DNA of 64,000 bases from the human T2T-CHM13v2.0 reference genome, Homo sapiens: the NCBI RefSeq assembly GCF_009914755.1, contig NC_060931.1, one strand, 5' to 3'. Each line of letters starts with the position of its first letter. The stretch's first letter is position 1. The translations under genes and the position numbers were made by a program. Positions 45,501-64,000 of the stretch are shown piece after piece. The notes beneath the pieces were generated by a model. The model was not told where the DNA came from. It made no database searches and saw only the letters and a list, made by a program, of their open reading frames with translations.

Positions 45501-48500
45501 TTTCTCAGAAAGATTCTCTCTAGTTTTTATGTTAAGATATTTCTTTTTTCACCATAGGACTCAAAGCACACTAAATATCCATTTGCAGCTGGTACAAAAA
45601 GACTGTGTCCAAACTGCTCAATCAAAACCAATGTTCATCTCTGTGAGATGAATGCACACATCACAAAGAAGTTTCTCAGAATGTTTCCATCTAGTTTTTA
45701 TGTGAAGATGTTTCCCTTTTCAATGTAGGCCTCAATGGGCTTATACACATCCCTCTGGAGATTCTAGAAAAAGACTGTTCCATATTGTTCAACCAAAGGA
45801 AAATTTCAACTCTGTGAGATGAAGGCACACATCCCAAAGAAGTTTCTCAGAATGCTTCTGTCTAGTATTTATGTGAAGATATTTCATTTTTCACTGTACG
45901 CTTCAAACCGCACACAAATATCCCTTTGTAGATTCTACAAAAAGATGATTTCCAAACTGCTCCATCTAAAGAAAGATTGAACTCTGTTAGGTGAATGCAC
46001 ACATCACAAAGAAATACCTCAAAATGCTTCTGTGCAGCTTTATGTGAAGATAATTCCTTTGTCACCATAGGGCTGAAGTCACTCTCAAATATCCCTTTGC
46101 AGATTCTACAAAAAGACTGCCTCTGACTCCTCAATCAAAAGAAAGATTCAACTCTGTGAGATGAATGCAAGCATGAAAGAAGCTTCTCAGAAATCTTCTG
46201 CCTTGTTTTTATGATAAGATATTTCCTTTTGCACCATAGGCCTCAAAGTGCTCCAAATATCCCTTTGCAGATACTACAAAAAGACTGTTTCCAAACTGCT
46301 CTATCAAAAGAAAGGTTCAACTCTGTGAGATGAATGCACATATCAAAAGGAATTTTCTCAGAATGCTTCTGTCTAGTTTTTATTTGAAGATATTTCCCTT
46401 TTCAACATAGGCCTCAATGGGCTCACGTATATCCCTCTGGAGATTCCAGAAAAAGACTGTTTCCAAACTGCTCAATCAAGGGAAAATTTCTACTCTGTAT
46501 GATGAAGGCACACATCCCAAAGAAGTTTCTCAGAATGCTTCTGTCTAGTATTTATGTGAAGATATTTCCTTTTTCACCGCAGTCTTCAAACCACTCACAA
46601 ATATCCCTTTGCAGATTCTACAAAAAGACGATTTCCAAACTGCTCCTTCAAAAGAAAGATTGAACTCTGTTAGATGAATGCACACAGCACAAAGAAGTAC
46701 CTCAAAGTGCTTCTGTCTAGCTTTATGTGAAGATATTTCCTTTGTCACCATAGGGCTGAAACCACTCCCTTTGCAGATTCTACAAAAAGAATGCCTCCGA
46801 CTGCTCAATCAAAAGAAAGGTTCAACTCTGTGAGATGAATGCCCACATCCAAAGAATTTTCTCAGAAATCTTCTGTCTAGTTTTCTTGTTAAGGTATTTC
46901 CTTTTACACCATAGGCCTCAAAGCACTGCAAATATCCCTTTGCAGATACTACAAAAAGACTGTTTCCAAACTGCTCTATCAAAAGGAAGGTTCAACTCTG
47001 TGAGATGAATGCATGCATCACAAGGAAGTTTCTCAGAATACTTCTGTCTAGTTTTTATTTGAAGATATTTCCCTTTTCAACATAGGCCTCAATGGGCTTA
47101 CGCATATCCCTCTGGAGATACTAGAAAAAGACCATTTCCAAACTGCTCAATCAAGGGAAAATTTCTACTCTGTGTGATGAAGACACACATCACAAAAAAG
47201 TTTCTCAGAATGCTTATTTCTAGTATTTATGTGAAGATATTTCCTTATTCACCACAGGCTTCAAACCACTCACAAATATCCCTTTGCAGATTCTACAAAA
47301 AGACGATTTCCAAACTGCTCCTTCAAAAGAAAGATTGAACTCTGTTAGGCGAATGCACACATCACAAAGAAGTACCTCAAAGGGCTTCTGTCTAGCCTTA
47401 TGTGAAGATATTTCCTTTGTCACCATAGGGCTGAAACCACTCTCAAATATCCCTTTGTAGATTCTACAAAAAGACTGCCTCCAACTGCTCAATCAAAAGA
47501 AAGATTCAACTCTGTGAGATGAATGCCCACATCCAAAGAATTTTCTCAGAAATCTTCTGTCTAGTTTTCTTGTTAAGGTATTTCCTTTTACACCATAGGC
47601 CTCAAAGCACTGCAAATATCCCTTTGCAGATACTACAAAAAGAGTGTTTCCAAACTGCTCTATCAAAAGGAAGGTTCAACTCTGTGAGATGAATGCATGC
47701 ATCACAAGGAAGTTTCTCAGAATACTTCTGTCTAGTTTTTATTTGAAGATATTTCCCTTTTCAACATAGGCCTCAATGGGTTCACACATATCCCTCTGGA
47801 GATACTAGAAAAAGACCATTTCCAAAATGCTCAATCAAGGGAAAATTTCTACTCTGCGTGATGAAGCCACACATCACGAAGAAGTTTCTCAGAATACTTA
47901 TTTCTAGTATTTATGTGAAGATATTTCCTTTTTCACCACAGGCTTCAAACCACTCACAAATATCCCTTTGCAGATTCTACAAAAAGACGATTTCCAAACT
48001 GCTCCTTCTAAAGAAAGATTGAACTCTGTTAGATGAATGCACACATCACAAAGAAGTACCTCAAAATGCTTCTATCTAGCTTTATGTGAAGATATTGCCT
48101 TTGTCACCATAGGGCTGAAACCACTCTCAAATATCCCTTTGCAGATTCTACAAAAAGACTGCCTCCAAACTGCTCAATCAAAGGAAAGGTACAACTCTGT
48201 GAGATAAATGCCCGCATTCAAAGAATTTTCTCAGAAATCTTCTGTCTAATTTTTATGTTAAGATATTTCCTTTTACACAATAGGCCTCAAAACGCTGCAA
48301 ATATCCCTTTGCAGATACTACAAAAAGACTGTTTCCATACTGCTCAATCAAAGGAAAGATTCAACTCTGTGAGTTGAATGCACACATCACAAGGAAGGTT
48401 CTCAGAAAGCTTCTGTATAGTTTCTATGTGAAGATATTTCCTTATTAACCATAGGCCTCAAAGTGCTCCAAGTATCCCTTTGCAGATTCTACAAAAAGAC

Positions 48501-48877
48501 TTTTTCCAAACTGATCGATCAAAAGAAAGATTCAACTGTTTTAGTTGAAAGGACACAAAACAGAGAAGTTTCTCAGAAAGCTTCTGTCTAGATTTTATGT
48601 GAAGATATTTCCTTTTTCACCATGTGCCTCAAAGGGCTCACAAATATCCATTTGCAGATTCTATAAAAAGACGGTTTCCAAAGTGCTCAATCGAAAGAAA
48701 GGTTCAAGTATGCAGTTTGAATACACACATCACAAATAAGTTTCTCAGAATGCTTCTGTCTAGTTTTTATGTGAAGATATTTCCCTTTTTACCATAGGCA
48801 TTAAAGTGATTACAAATATCCCTTTGCAGATTCCACAAAAAGACTGCTTCCAAACTGCTCAATCAAAAAAAAGGTTG
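36517..48877 (-). repeat. Alpha satellite, monomeric, reverse orientation
   Basis: ~171-bp period with highly divergent monomers. Confidence 0.98.
45700..48400 (-). repeat. Four tandem copies of a ~684-bp (4-monomer) alpha-satellite unit, divergent HOR-like
   Basis: CTAGTATTTATG recurs at 45862, 46545, 47220 and 47904 (spacing 683, 675, 684). TTTGTCACCATAGGGCTGAA, CCCTCTGGAGA and AAAGATTGAACTCTGTTAG each recur once per unit. Confidence 0.88.
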
Positions 48878-48881
48878 TGTC

Positions 48882-54497
<5,616 letters not shown>

Positions 54498-54912
54498 TTG
54501 TTTTTTTAATTTTATTTATTATTTTACTTTAAATTGTAGGGTACATGGGCACAATGTGCAGGTTTGTTACATATGTATACATGTGTCATATTGGTGAGCT
54601 GCACCCATTAACTCGTCATTTAGTATTAGTTATATCTCCTAATGTTATCCATCCCCCATCCCTGTGATGTTTCCTTTCCTGTGTCCTTGTGCTCTCGTTG
54701 TTCAATTCCCACCTATGAGTGACAACATGCGGTGTTTGATTTTCTGTCCTTGAGATAGTTTGATGAGAATGATGGTTTCCAGCTTCATCCATCTCCCTAC
54801 AAAGGACATGAACTTATCATTTTTTATGGCTACATAGTTTTCCATGGGTTATATGTGCCACATTTTCTTAATCCAGTCTATCATTGTTGGACATTTAGGT
54901 AGCTTCCAAGTC
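54498..54912 (-). mobile_element. LINE-1 3' fragment (~415 bp), L1PA4/L1PA5-like
   Basis: T-rich tail, then reverse 3' UTR (GCACCCATTAACTCGTCATTTAG, GGTTTGTTACATATG) and the end of ORF2, stopping at TTCCAAGTC. Confidence 0.92.
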
Positions 54913-57900
54913 AAAAGTTTCTGTCTAGTTTTTATTTGAAGATGTTTCCTTTTTCACCACAGGCCTCAAAGAGCTCCAAGTATCCCTTTGCAGATACTAC
55001 AAAAACACTGTTTCAAAACTGATCAACCAAAAGGAAGTTTCAACTCTGTGAGATGAAAGCACACATCACAAACCAGTTTCTCACAAAGCTTCTGTCTAGT
55101 TTTTATGTTGAGCTATTTCCTTTTTCACTTTGGGCTTCAAAGCGCTCCAAATATCCATTTGCAGATTCCACAAAGGACTGTTTCCAAACTGCCCAATCAA
55201 AACAAAGGTTCAACTCTGTGAGATGAAAGCCCACATCACAAGGAAGTTTCTCAGTAAGTTTCTGTCTAGTTTTTATGTGAATATTTTCCTTATTTAACAT
55301 AGGTCTCAAAGCACTCAAAATATCCCTTTGGGGATCCTACAAAAAGACTGTTTCCAAACTGCCAAATGAAAAGTAAGGTGGAACTGTGTCAGATGGATGC
55401 ACACTTCACAAAGAAGTTTCTCAGAAAGCTTCTGTCTAGTTTTTATAGGAAGATATTTCGTTTTTCACCATATGCCTCAAAGCGTTCTATATATCCTTTG
55501 CCAGATTCTACAAAAAGACTGTTTCCAAACTACGCAATCAATGTAAAAGTTCAACTCTGTGTGATGAATGCACACATCACAAAGAAGTTTCTCAAAACCC
55601 TTCTGTCTAGTTTTTATGTGAAGATATGTCCTTTTTCACCACAGGCCTCAAAGGGATCACAAATATCCATTTGCAGATTCTATAAAAAGACTGTTTCCAC
55701 ACTGCTCAATCAAAAGAAAGGTTCAACTCTGTGAAATGAATGCACACATCACAAAGAAGTTTCTCAGAAAGCTTCTGTCTAGTTTTTATGTGAAGATATT
55801 TCCTTTTTCAAAATAGGCCTCAAAGGGCTCCAAGTAACACTTTGCAGATTCTACAGAAAGACTGTTTCCAAACTGATAAACCAAAAGAAAGTTTCAATTC
55901 TGTGAGATGAAAACACACATCACAAAGAAGTTTCTCAGAACACTCCTGTCTAGTCTTTATGTGAAGACATTTCCATTTTCACCATAGGCCTCAAAGGGCT
56001 CACAAGTATCACTTTGCAGATCCTACAAAAAGACTGTTTCCAAAATGCTCAATCAGAAGAAAGTTTCAACTCTGTGAGATGAATGCACACATCACAAAGA
56101 AGTTTATCAGAAAGTTTCTGTGTTGTTATGTGAAGATATTTCCTTTTTCAAAAAAGGCTCCATACCGCTCACAAATATCCATTTGCAGATACTACAGAAA
56201 GACTGTTTGCAAACTGCTCAATGAAAAGAAAGCTTCAACTCCGTGAGATGAATGCAAACATCACAAAGAAGTTTCTCAGAAAACTTCTCTCTATTTTTTA
56301 TGTGAAGATATTTCCCTATTCACCACAGGCACCAAAGCGCTCCAAATATCACTTTGCAGATACTACAAAAAGAAGATTTCTAAACTGATCAATAAAAGGA
56401 AAATTTCAACACTGTGAGATGAAATCACACATTACAAAGAAGTTTCTCAGAAAGCTTCTGTCTAGTTTTTATGTGAAGATATTTCCTTTTTCACCATAGA
56501 CCTCAAAGGGCTCACAAATATCTCTTTGTAGATTCTACAAAAGGACTGTTTCCAAACTGCTCAATCAAAAGAAAGGTTCAACTCTGTAAGATGAATGCGC
56601 ACATCACAAAGAAGTTTCTCAAAAGGCTTCTGTCTAGTTGTTATGTGAAGATATTTTCTTTTCTACTACAGGAAACAATGCACTCAAAACATCCATTTTC
56701 AGATTCTACAAAAGACTGTTTCCAGACTGCTCAATCAAAAGAAAGGTTCAAATCTGTCAGATGAAAGCCCACATCAAACAGAGGTTTCCCAGAAAGCTTC
56801 TGTCTAGCTTTTATGTAAATATTTTCCTTATTCACCATAGGCCTCAAAGTGCTCCAAATATCCCCTTGGAGATTCTATCAAAAGACTGTTTCCAAACTGC
56901 TCAATGAAAAGAAAGGTTCAACTATGTGAGATGAATGCACATAACAAAGAAGTTTCTGAGAAAGTTTTTGTCTAGTTTTTATGTGAAGATATTTCCTTTT
57001 TCACTATAGGCCTCAAAGTGCACCAAATATCCATTTGCAGATTCTACAGAAAGACTGCTTCCAAACTGCTCAATGAAAAGAAATGTTGAACTCTGTGAGA
57101 TGAATGCACACATCACAAAGAAGTTTCTCAGAAAGCTTCTGTCTAGTATTCATGTGAAGATATTTCCTTCTTCACCACAGGCCCCAAAGCTCTCCAAATA
57201 TCCCTTTGTAGGCTCTACAAAAGCACTGTCTCCAAACAGCTCAATCTAAAGAATGGTTCAACTCTGTTAGATGAATTCAAACATCACAAAGAGGTTTCTC
57301 AGAAAGCTTCTGTCTAGTTTTTAAGTGAAGATATTTCCTTATTCACCATATGCCCAGAACTGCTCCAAATATCACTTTGCAGATTCTGCAAAAAGACTGT
57401 TTCCGAAGTAATAAATGAAAATAAAGGTTCAACTCCATGATATAAATGCACACAACACAAAGAAGTTTCTCCAAAATCTTCTGACTAGTTTTTAGGTGAA
57501 GATATTTCCTTTTTCACCATAGGCCATGAAGCACTCCAAATATCCATTTGCAGATTCTACAAAAAGACTGTGTCCAAACTGCTCAATGAAAAGAAAGGTT
57601 GAACTCTGTGAGATGAAAGCACACATCACAAAGAAGTTTCTCAGCAAGCTTCTGTCTAGTTTTTATGTGCAGATATTTCATTTTTCACCATATGCCTCAA
57701 AGCACTACAAATATTCCTTGGCAGATTCTACAAAAAGACTGTTTCCAAACTGCTTAATCAAAGAAAAGGTTCAAGTCTGTGAGATGAAAGCACACATCAC
57801 AAAGAAGTTTCTCACAAAACTTCTGTCTAGTTTTTATGTGAAGATAATTCATTTTTTACCATAAGCCCCAAACGGCTCAAAAGTATCCCATTGCAGATTC

Positions 57901-60900
57901 TACAAAAGACTGTTTCCAAAGTGCTCAATAAAAAGAAAGGTTCGAAGCTGTGACATGAATGCACACATCACAAAGAAGTTTCTCAGAATGCTTCTCTCTT
58001 CTTTTTATGTGAAGGTATTTCCTTTTTCAACATAGGCCCCAAAACGCTCACAAATATCCCTTTGCAGATTGTACAAAAAGACTGTTTCCAAACTGCTCAA
58101 GGAAAAGAAAGGTTCAACTCTGTGAGGTGAATGCACATTACAAAGAACTTTCTCAGAAAGCTTCTGTCTAGTATTTATGTGAAGGTATTTCCCTTTTCAC
58201 TATATGCCACAAAGTGCTCCAAGTATCCATTTGCAGATTCTACAAAAAGACTGTCTCCAAACTGTGCTATGAAAAGAAAGGTTGAACTCTGTGAGATGAA
58301 TGCAAACATCACAATGAAGTTTCTCAGAAACCGTCTGTCTAGTTTTTATTTGAAGATACTTTTTATTCACCATATGCCTCAATACACTCCAAATATCCCT
58401 CTGCAGACTGTACAAAAACACTGTTTCCAAAGTGCTCAATGAAAAGAAATGTTCAACTCTGGAAGATGAAAGCAAACATCACAAAGAAGTTTCTCAGAGA
58501 GCATCTGTCTAATTTTTATGTGAAGATATTTCCTTTTTCACCATTGGCCACAAAGGGCCCAAAAACATCCCATTGCAGTTTCTACAAAAGGACTGTTTCC
58601 AAACTGCTCAGTTAAAAGAAAGTTTCAATGCTGTGAGATGAATGCACACATCACAAAGAAGTTTCTTCGAAAGCTTCTGTCAAATTTTTAAGAGAAGATA
58701 TTACCTTTTTCACCATAGGCCTCAAAGTGCTCTAAATATCCGTTTGCAGATTCTACAAAAAGACAGTCTCCAAACTGCTGAATGAAAAGAAATGTTCAAA
58801 TCTGTAAAATGAAAGCCCACATCACAAAGAAGTTTCTCAGAAAGCTTCTGTCTAGTTTTTATGTAAAGATATTTCATTTTTCACCGTGGTATTAAAAGTG
58901 CTCCAAATATCCATTTATGGATTCTACAAAAAGACAGTTTCTAAACTTATCAATGAAAAGAATGGTTCAACTCGGTGAGATGAAAGAACACGTCACAAAG
59001 AAGTTTCTCAGAAAGCTGCAGTTTTGTTTTTATGTGAAGATATTTCCTTTTTCACCATCGGCCTGAAAGTGCTCCAAATATCTCTTTGCAGATTCTACAA
59101 AAAGACTGTCTCCTAACTGCTCAACTGAAAGGAAGGTTCAACTCTTTGAGATGAATGCACACATACCAAAGAAGTGTCTCTGAAAACTTTTGTCTAGTGT
59201 TTATGTGAAAACACTTCCTTTCTCACCACAGGCCTAAAACTGCTCACAAATATCCCTTTACAGATTTTACAAAAAGACTTCAAACAGCTCAATCAAAATA
59301 CAGGTTCAACTCTGTTAGATGAATGCCCATATCACAAAGAAGTTTATCAGAAAACTTCTGTCTAGTTTTTATGTGAAGGTATTTCCTTTTTCACCATAGG
59401 CTGAAAAGCACTCACGAATATCCCTTTGCAGATTCTACAAAAAGACTGTTTCCAAACAGGTCAATCAAAAGAAGTGTTCACATCTGTGAGATGAATGCAC
59501 ACATCACAAAGAAGTTTCTCAGAATGCTTCTGTCTAGTTTTTATGTGAAGAAATTTCATTCTTCACCTTAGGCCTCAAAGTGCACCAAATGTCCTGTTGC
59601 AGATTCCACAAAAATACTGTTTCCAAACTGCTCAATCAAAAGAAAAGTTCAACACTGTGCACTGAATGCACACATCACAAAGAAGTTTCTCAGAAAGCTT
59701 CTTTCTAGTTTTTATGTGAAGATATTTCCTTATTCACCTTAGCCCTCAAAGGACTCCAAATATGCCTTTGCAGATTCTACAGACAGACAGTTTCAAAACT
59801 GCTAAATCAAAAGGATTCAACTGTGTGAGATGAATAGACACATCAAAAAGTGGTTTCTCCGAAAGATTTTGTCAAGTTTTTATATGAAGATATTTCCTTT
59901 TTCACCATAGGTCTCAAAATGCTCTAAATGTCCATTTGCATATTCTACAAAAAGACCGTTTCCAAACTCCTCAATAAAAAGTAAGGCTCAAATCTGTGAG
60001 ATGAAAGCACATATCACAAATAATTTTGTGAGAAAACTTCTGTCTACTTTTTATGTGAAGATAGATCGTTTTTCACCATAGCCCTCACACCACTCTGAAA
60101 TATCCCTTTTCAGATTGTACAAAAAGACTGTTTCCAAACTTCTCAATCAAAAGAAAGGTTCAACTCTGTGCGGTGAATGCACACATCACAAAGGCGTTTC
60201 TCAAAAAGCATCTGTCTAGTTTTTATGTGTAGATATTTCCTATTACAACATGGGTCTCAAACCGCTCAGAAATATGCCTCTGTAGATTGTACCATAAGAC
60301 TGTTTCCAAATTGCTCAATCAAAAGAAAGTTTCAACTTTGTGAGATGAATGCACACATCACAAATAAGTTTCTCAGAATGTTTCTTTCTAGTTTTTATGT
60401 GAAGATATTTCAATTTTCACCATAGATGTCATACTGCTCACCAATATCTCACTGCAGGTTATAAGAAAAGAGTTTCCAAAATGCTCAATTGAAAGAAAGG
60501 TTCAACTCTGTGAGATGAAAGCACACAGCACAAAGAAGTTTCTCAGAAAGCTTCTGACTAGTTCTTATGTGAAGATATTTCCTATTTCACCACAGGCCTC
60601 AATGGGCTCACAAATATACATTTGCACGTTCTCCAAAAATACTGTTTGTAAACTGCTCAATCCAAACAAATTTCAACAGTGTGATATGAATGCAAACATC
60701 ATAAAGAAGTTTCTCAGAATGCTTCTGTCTAGTTTTTATGTGAAGCTATTTCTTTTTCACCATAAGCCTCAAAATGCTCAGAAATATCCCATTGTAGATT
60801 TTGCAACTCTGTGAGATGAATGCACACATCAAAAAGATATTTCCCAAAAAGCGTCACTCTACTTTTTATGTGAACATATTTCCTGTTTCACCATAGGCCT

Positions 60901-61950
60901 CATACCGCTCAGAAACATCCATCTGCATAATCTACAAAAAGACTGATTCCAAACTGTTCAATTAAAAGAAAGGTTCAACTCTGTGAGATGAATGCAAACA
61001 TCACAAATAAGTTTCTCAGAAAGCTTCTGTCTATTTTTTATGTGAAAATATTTCCTTTTTCACCATAGGCCTCAAAGCACTCCAAATATCCATTTGCAGA
61101 CTCTATAAAAAGACTGTTTCCAAATTGCTCAATCAAAAGAAAGGTGTAATTCTGTGAGATAAAGGCATGCATCACAAACAATTTTATCAGAAAGCTTCTG
61201 TATAGTTTTTATGTGCAGATTTTTCAATTTTCACCATAGGTCTCAAACCACAGAAAAATATCCCTATGCGGAAACTACAAAAAGACTGATTCCAAATTGC
61301 TCAATCAAAAGAAAGGTTCAACTCTTTGAGATAAATGCACACATCTAAAGAAGTTTCTCAGAAAGCTTCTGTCTAGTTTTTATGTGAAGATATTTCCTTT
61401 TTCACCATAGGCCTAAAAACACTCCAATTATCCATTTGCAGATTATACAAAAAGACTGTTTCCAAATTTCTCCATCAAAAGAAAGGTTCAACTCTGTGAA
61501 ATGAAAGCACACATCACAAAGGAGTTTCTCAGAATGCTTCTGTCTAGTTTCTATGGGAAGATATTTCCCATTTCATCATAATCCTCAAAGGACTCACAAA
61601 TATCCCTTTGCAGATTCCAGAAAACACTGTTTCCAAACTGCTTAATCAAAAGAAAGGATCAACTGTGTGAGATGAATGCACACGTCAGAAAGCAGTTTCT
61701 CATAATGCTTCTGTCTAGTTTTTATGTGAAAATATTTCCATTTTCACCATAGGCCTCAAACTGCTCACAAATATCCCACTGCAGATTATAAAAAAGACTG
61801 TTACTAAAATGTTCAATCCAAAGAACGTTTCAACTCTGTGAGATGAATGCACACATCACAAAGAATTTTCTCATAATGCTTCTGTCTAGTTTTTATGTGA
61901 AAATATTTATTTTTCACCATAGGCCTCAAACCACTTAAAAATACCCCTCT
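54913..61950 (-). repeat. Alpha satellite, monomeric, reverse orientation
   Basis: ~171-bp period. Confidence 0.98.
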
Positions 61951-62486
61951 ACACCAACAGTGTAAAAGTGTTCCTATTTCTCCCCATCCTCTCCAGCACC
62001 TGTTGTTTCCTGACTTTTTAATGATTGCCATTCTAACTGGTGTGAGATGGTATCTCATCGTGGTTTTGATTTGCATTTCTCTGATGGCTAGTGATGATGA
62101 GCATTTTTTCATGTGTTTTTTGGCTGCATAAATGTCTTCTTTTGAGAGGTGTCTGTTCATGTCCTTCGCCCACTTTTTGATGGGGTTGTTTGTTTTTTTC
62201 TTGTAAATTTGTTTGAGTTCATTGTAGATTCTGGATATTAGCCCTTTGAACAATGAGATCACATGGACACAGGAAGGGGAATATCACACTCTTGGGACTG
62301 TGGTGGGGGGGAGGGGGGAGGGATAGCATTGGAAGATATACCTAATGCTAGATGACGAGTTAGTGGGTGCAGCGCACCAGCATGGCACATGTATACATAT
62401 GTAACTAACCTGCACAATGTGCACATGTACCCTAAAACTTAAAGTATAATAAAAAAAAAGAAACAAGAAACAAACAAACAAACAAA
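61951..62486 (+). mobile_element. LINE-1, L1PA2-like, 5'-truncated with 5' inversion (twin priming)
   Basis: Antisense ORF2 piece 61952-62248 is joined to the sense 3' UTR 62246-62450 (GATGAC-GAG-TTAGTGGG; AACTTAAAGT) and tail. TSD AAAAATACCCCTCT at 61937-61950 and 62487-62500. Target TT/AAAA. Confidence 0.94.
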
Positions 62487-62490
62487 AAAA
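62451..62490 (+). repeat. A-rich/(AAAC)n microsatellite in the L1 tail
   Basis: AAAAAAAAAGAAACAAGAAACAAACAAACAAACAAAAAAA. Confidence 0.85.
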
Positions 62491-63717
62491 ATACCCCTCT
62501 GCAGAATCTAAAAAAAGACTGTTTCCAAACTGCTAAATCAAAAGAAAGGTTCAACTCTCGGAGATGAATGCACACATCACAAAGAAGTTTGTCAAAAAGT
62601 GTCTGTCTAGTTTTTATGTGAATATATTTCCTTTTTCCCCACAGGACTCAAGCTACTCAAAAATATCCCTCTGCAGAAACAACAAAAGGTCTGTTTCAAA
62701 ACTACTCAATCAAAAGAAAGGTTTAACTCAGTGAGATGAAAGCACACATCACAAAGCAGTTTCCCAGAAAGTTTCTGTCTAGGTTTTATGTGAAGATATT
62801 TCCTTTTTCACCATAGGCCTCAAAGCGATGCAAATATCCATTTGCAGATTCTACAAAAAGACTGTTTCCAAACTGCTCAATGAAAAGAAAGGCCCAACTC
62901 TGTGAGATGAAAGCACACATCACAAATAAGCTTCTCAGAATGCTTCTGTCTAATTTTCATGTGAAGATATTTCCTTTTTCACCATAGGCCTCAAAGCACT
63001 CCAAATATCCATTTGAAGATACTACAAAAAGAGTTTTTCCAAACTGCTCAATCAAATGAAAAGTTAAACTCTGTGAGATGAATGCACACCTCACAAAGAA
63101 GTTTCTCAGAATGCCTCTGTCTAGTTTTTATTTGAAGATATTTCCTTTTTCACCACAGGCCTCGAACCGCTCAAAAATATCCCTCTCCACATTATAAAAA
63201 AAGACCGTTTCCAATCTGCTCAATCAAAAGAAAAGTTTAACCCTATAAGGTGTAATCACACATCATGAAGAAGTTTCTCAGAAAGCTTCTTTGTAGTTCT
63301 TATGTGAAGATATTTCCTATTTAACCATAGGCCTCAATGGGCTCACATATATCCCTCTGCAGATTCTACAAAAGACTGTTTCCAAAGTCCTCAATCAAAA
63401 GAAAGTTTCAACACTTTGAGATGAATGCACACATCACAGAGAAGTTTCTCAGAAAGTTTCTGTCTAGTTTTTATGTGAAGATATTTCCTTTTTCACCATA
63501 GGTCTCAAAGCTCTCCAAATATCCAATGCATATTCTACCAAAAACTGTTTCCTAACTGCTCAATCAAAAGAAAGGTTCAACTCTGTGAGTTGAAAGCACA
63601 CATCACACAGAAGTTTGTCAGAAAGCTTCTGTATTGTTTTTATGTGAAGATATTACTTTTTCACCATAGGCTTCAAACTGCTCAGAAATAACCCTTTGGA
63701 GATTGTAAAAAAAGTCT
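62487..63717 (-). repeat. Alpha satellite, monomeric, reverse orientation
   Basis: ~171-bp period, ending at GATTGTAAAAAAAGTCT. Confidence 0.97.
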
Positions 63718-64000
63718 TTGTTGAATCTGAAATGGATATTTGTGATCGCTTTGACGCCTATGATGAAAAAGGAAATATCTTCATGTAAAAACGAGACAGA
63801 ATTTTTCTGAGAAACTTCTTTGTGATGCGTGCATTCATCTCATAGAATTGACACTTTCTTTTGATTGGTCTGCTTGGAAAAAGTCTTTTTGTAGAATCTG
63901 CAATGGGATATTTGTGATCACTTTGAGGCCTATGGTGAAAAAGGAAATATATTCATATAAAATCCAGACAGAAGCTTTCTGAGAAACTACTTTGTGATGT
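63710..64000 (+). repeat. Alpha satellite, consensus orientation (after the second orientation switch)
   Basis: TTCTGAGAAACTTCTTTGTGATGCGTGCATTCATCTC and GAGGCCTATGGTGAAAAAGGAAATAT on the plus strand. Confidence 0.96.

Noticed and set aside
61813-62262. 149-aa chimeric ORF joining L1 ORF2 C-terminal sequence to satellite
   Set aside because: A consequence of the twin-priming inversion. The CCHC motif is broken (CWRGW) and there is no promoter evidence.

Overview
Human pericentromeric DNA: about 56 kb of divergent, monomeric (~171 bp) alpha satellite, with no CENP-B box seen by eye. The satellite changes orientation twice, at ~8521 and ~63710. Five retrotransposon insertions interrupt it. (1) A 5'-truncated L1HS pre-Ta with an open 1010-aa ORF2 remnant (minus, ~19682-23150). 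(2) A degraded L1PA4-like element with a probable 55-bp 3' transduction and no TSD (plus, 33153-36516). (3) A full-length, heavily CpG-decayed AluY (48882-49170). (4) An L1PA4/5-like 3' fragment (minus, 54498-54912). (5) A twin-primed L1PA2-like insertion (61951-62486). The satellite also holds local duplications, including four tandem copies of a ~684-bp 4-monomer unit (~45700-48400) that resembles a small divergent higher-order repeat. There are no host genes; nearly all listed ORFs are chance frames in the satellite or pieces of L1. I found no evidence of a new biological system, and the interest is structural and evolutionary. Subfamily calls and alignments were made by eye from recalled consensus sequences.
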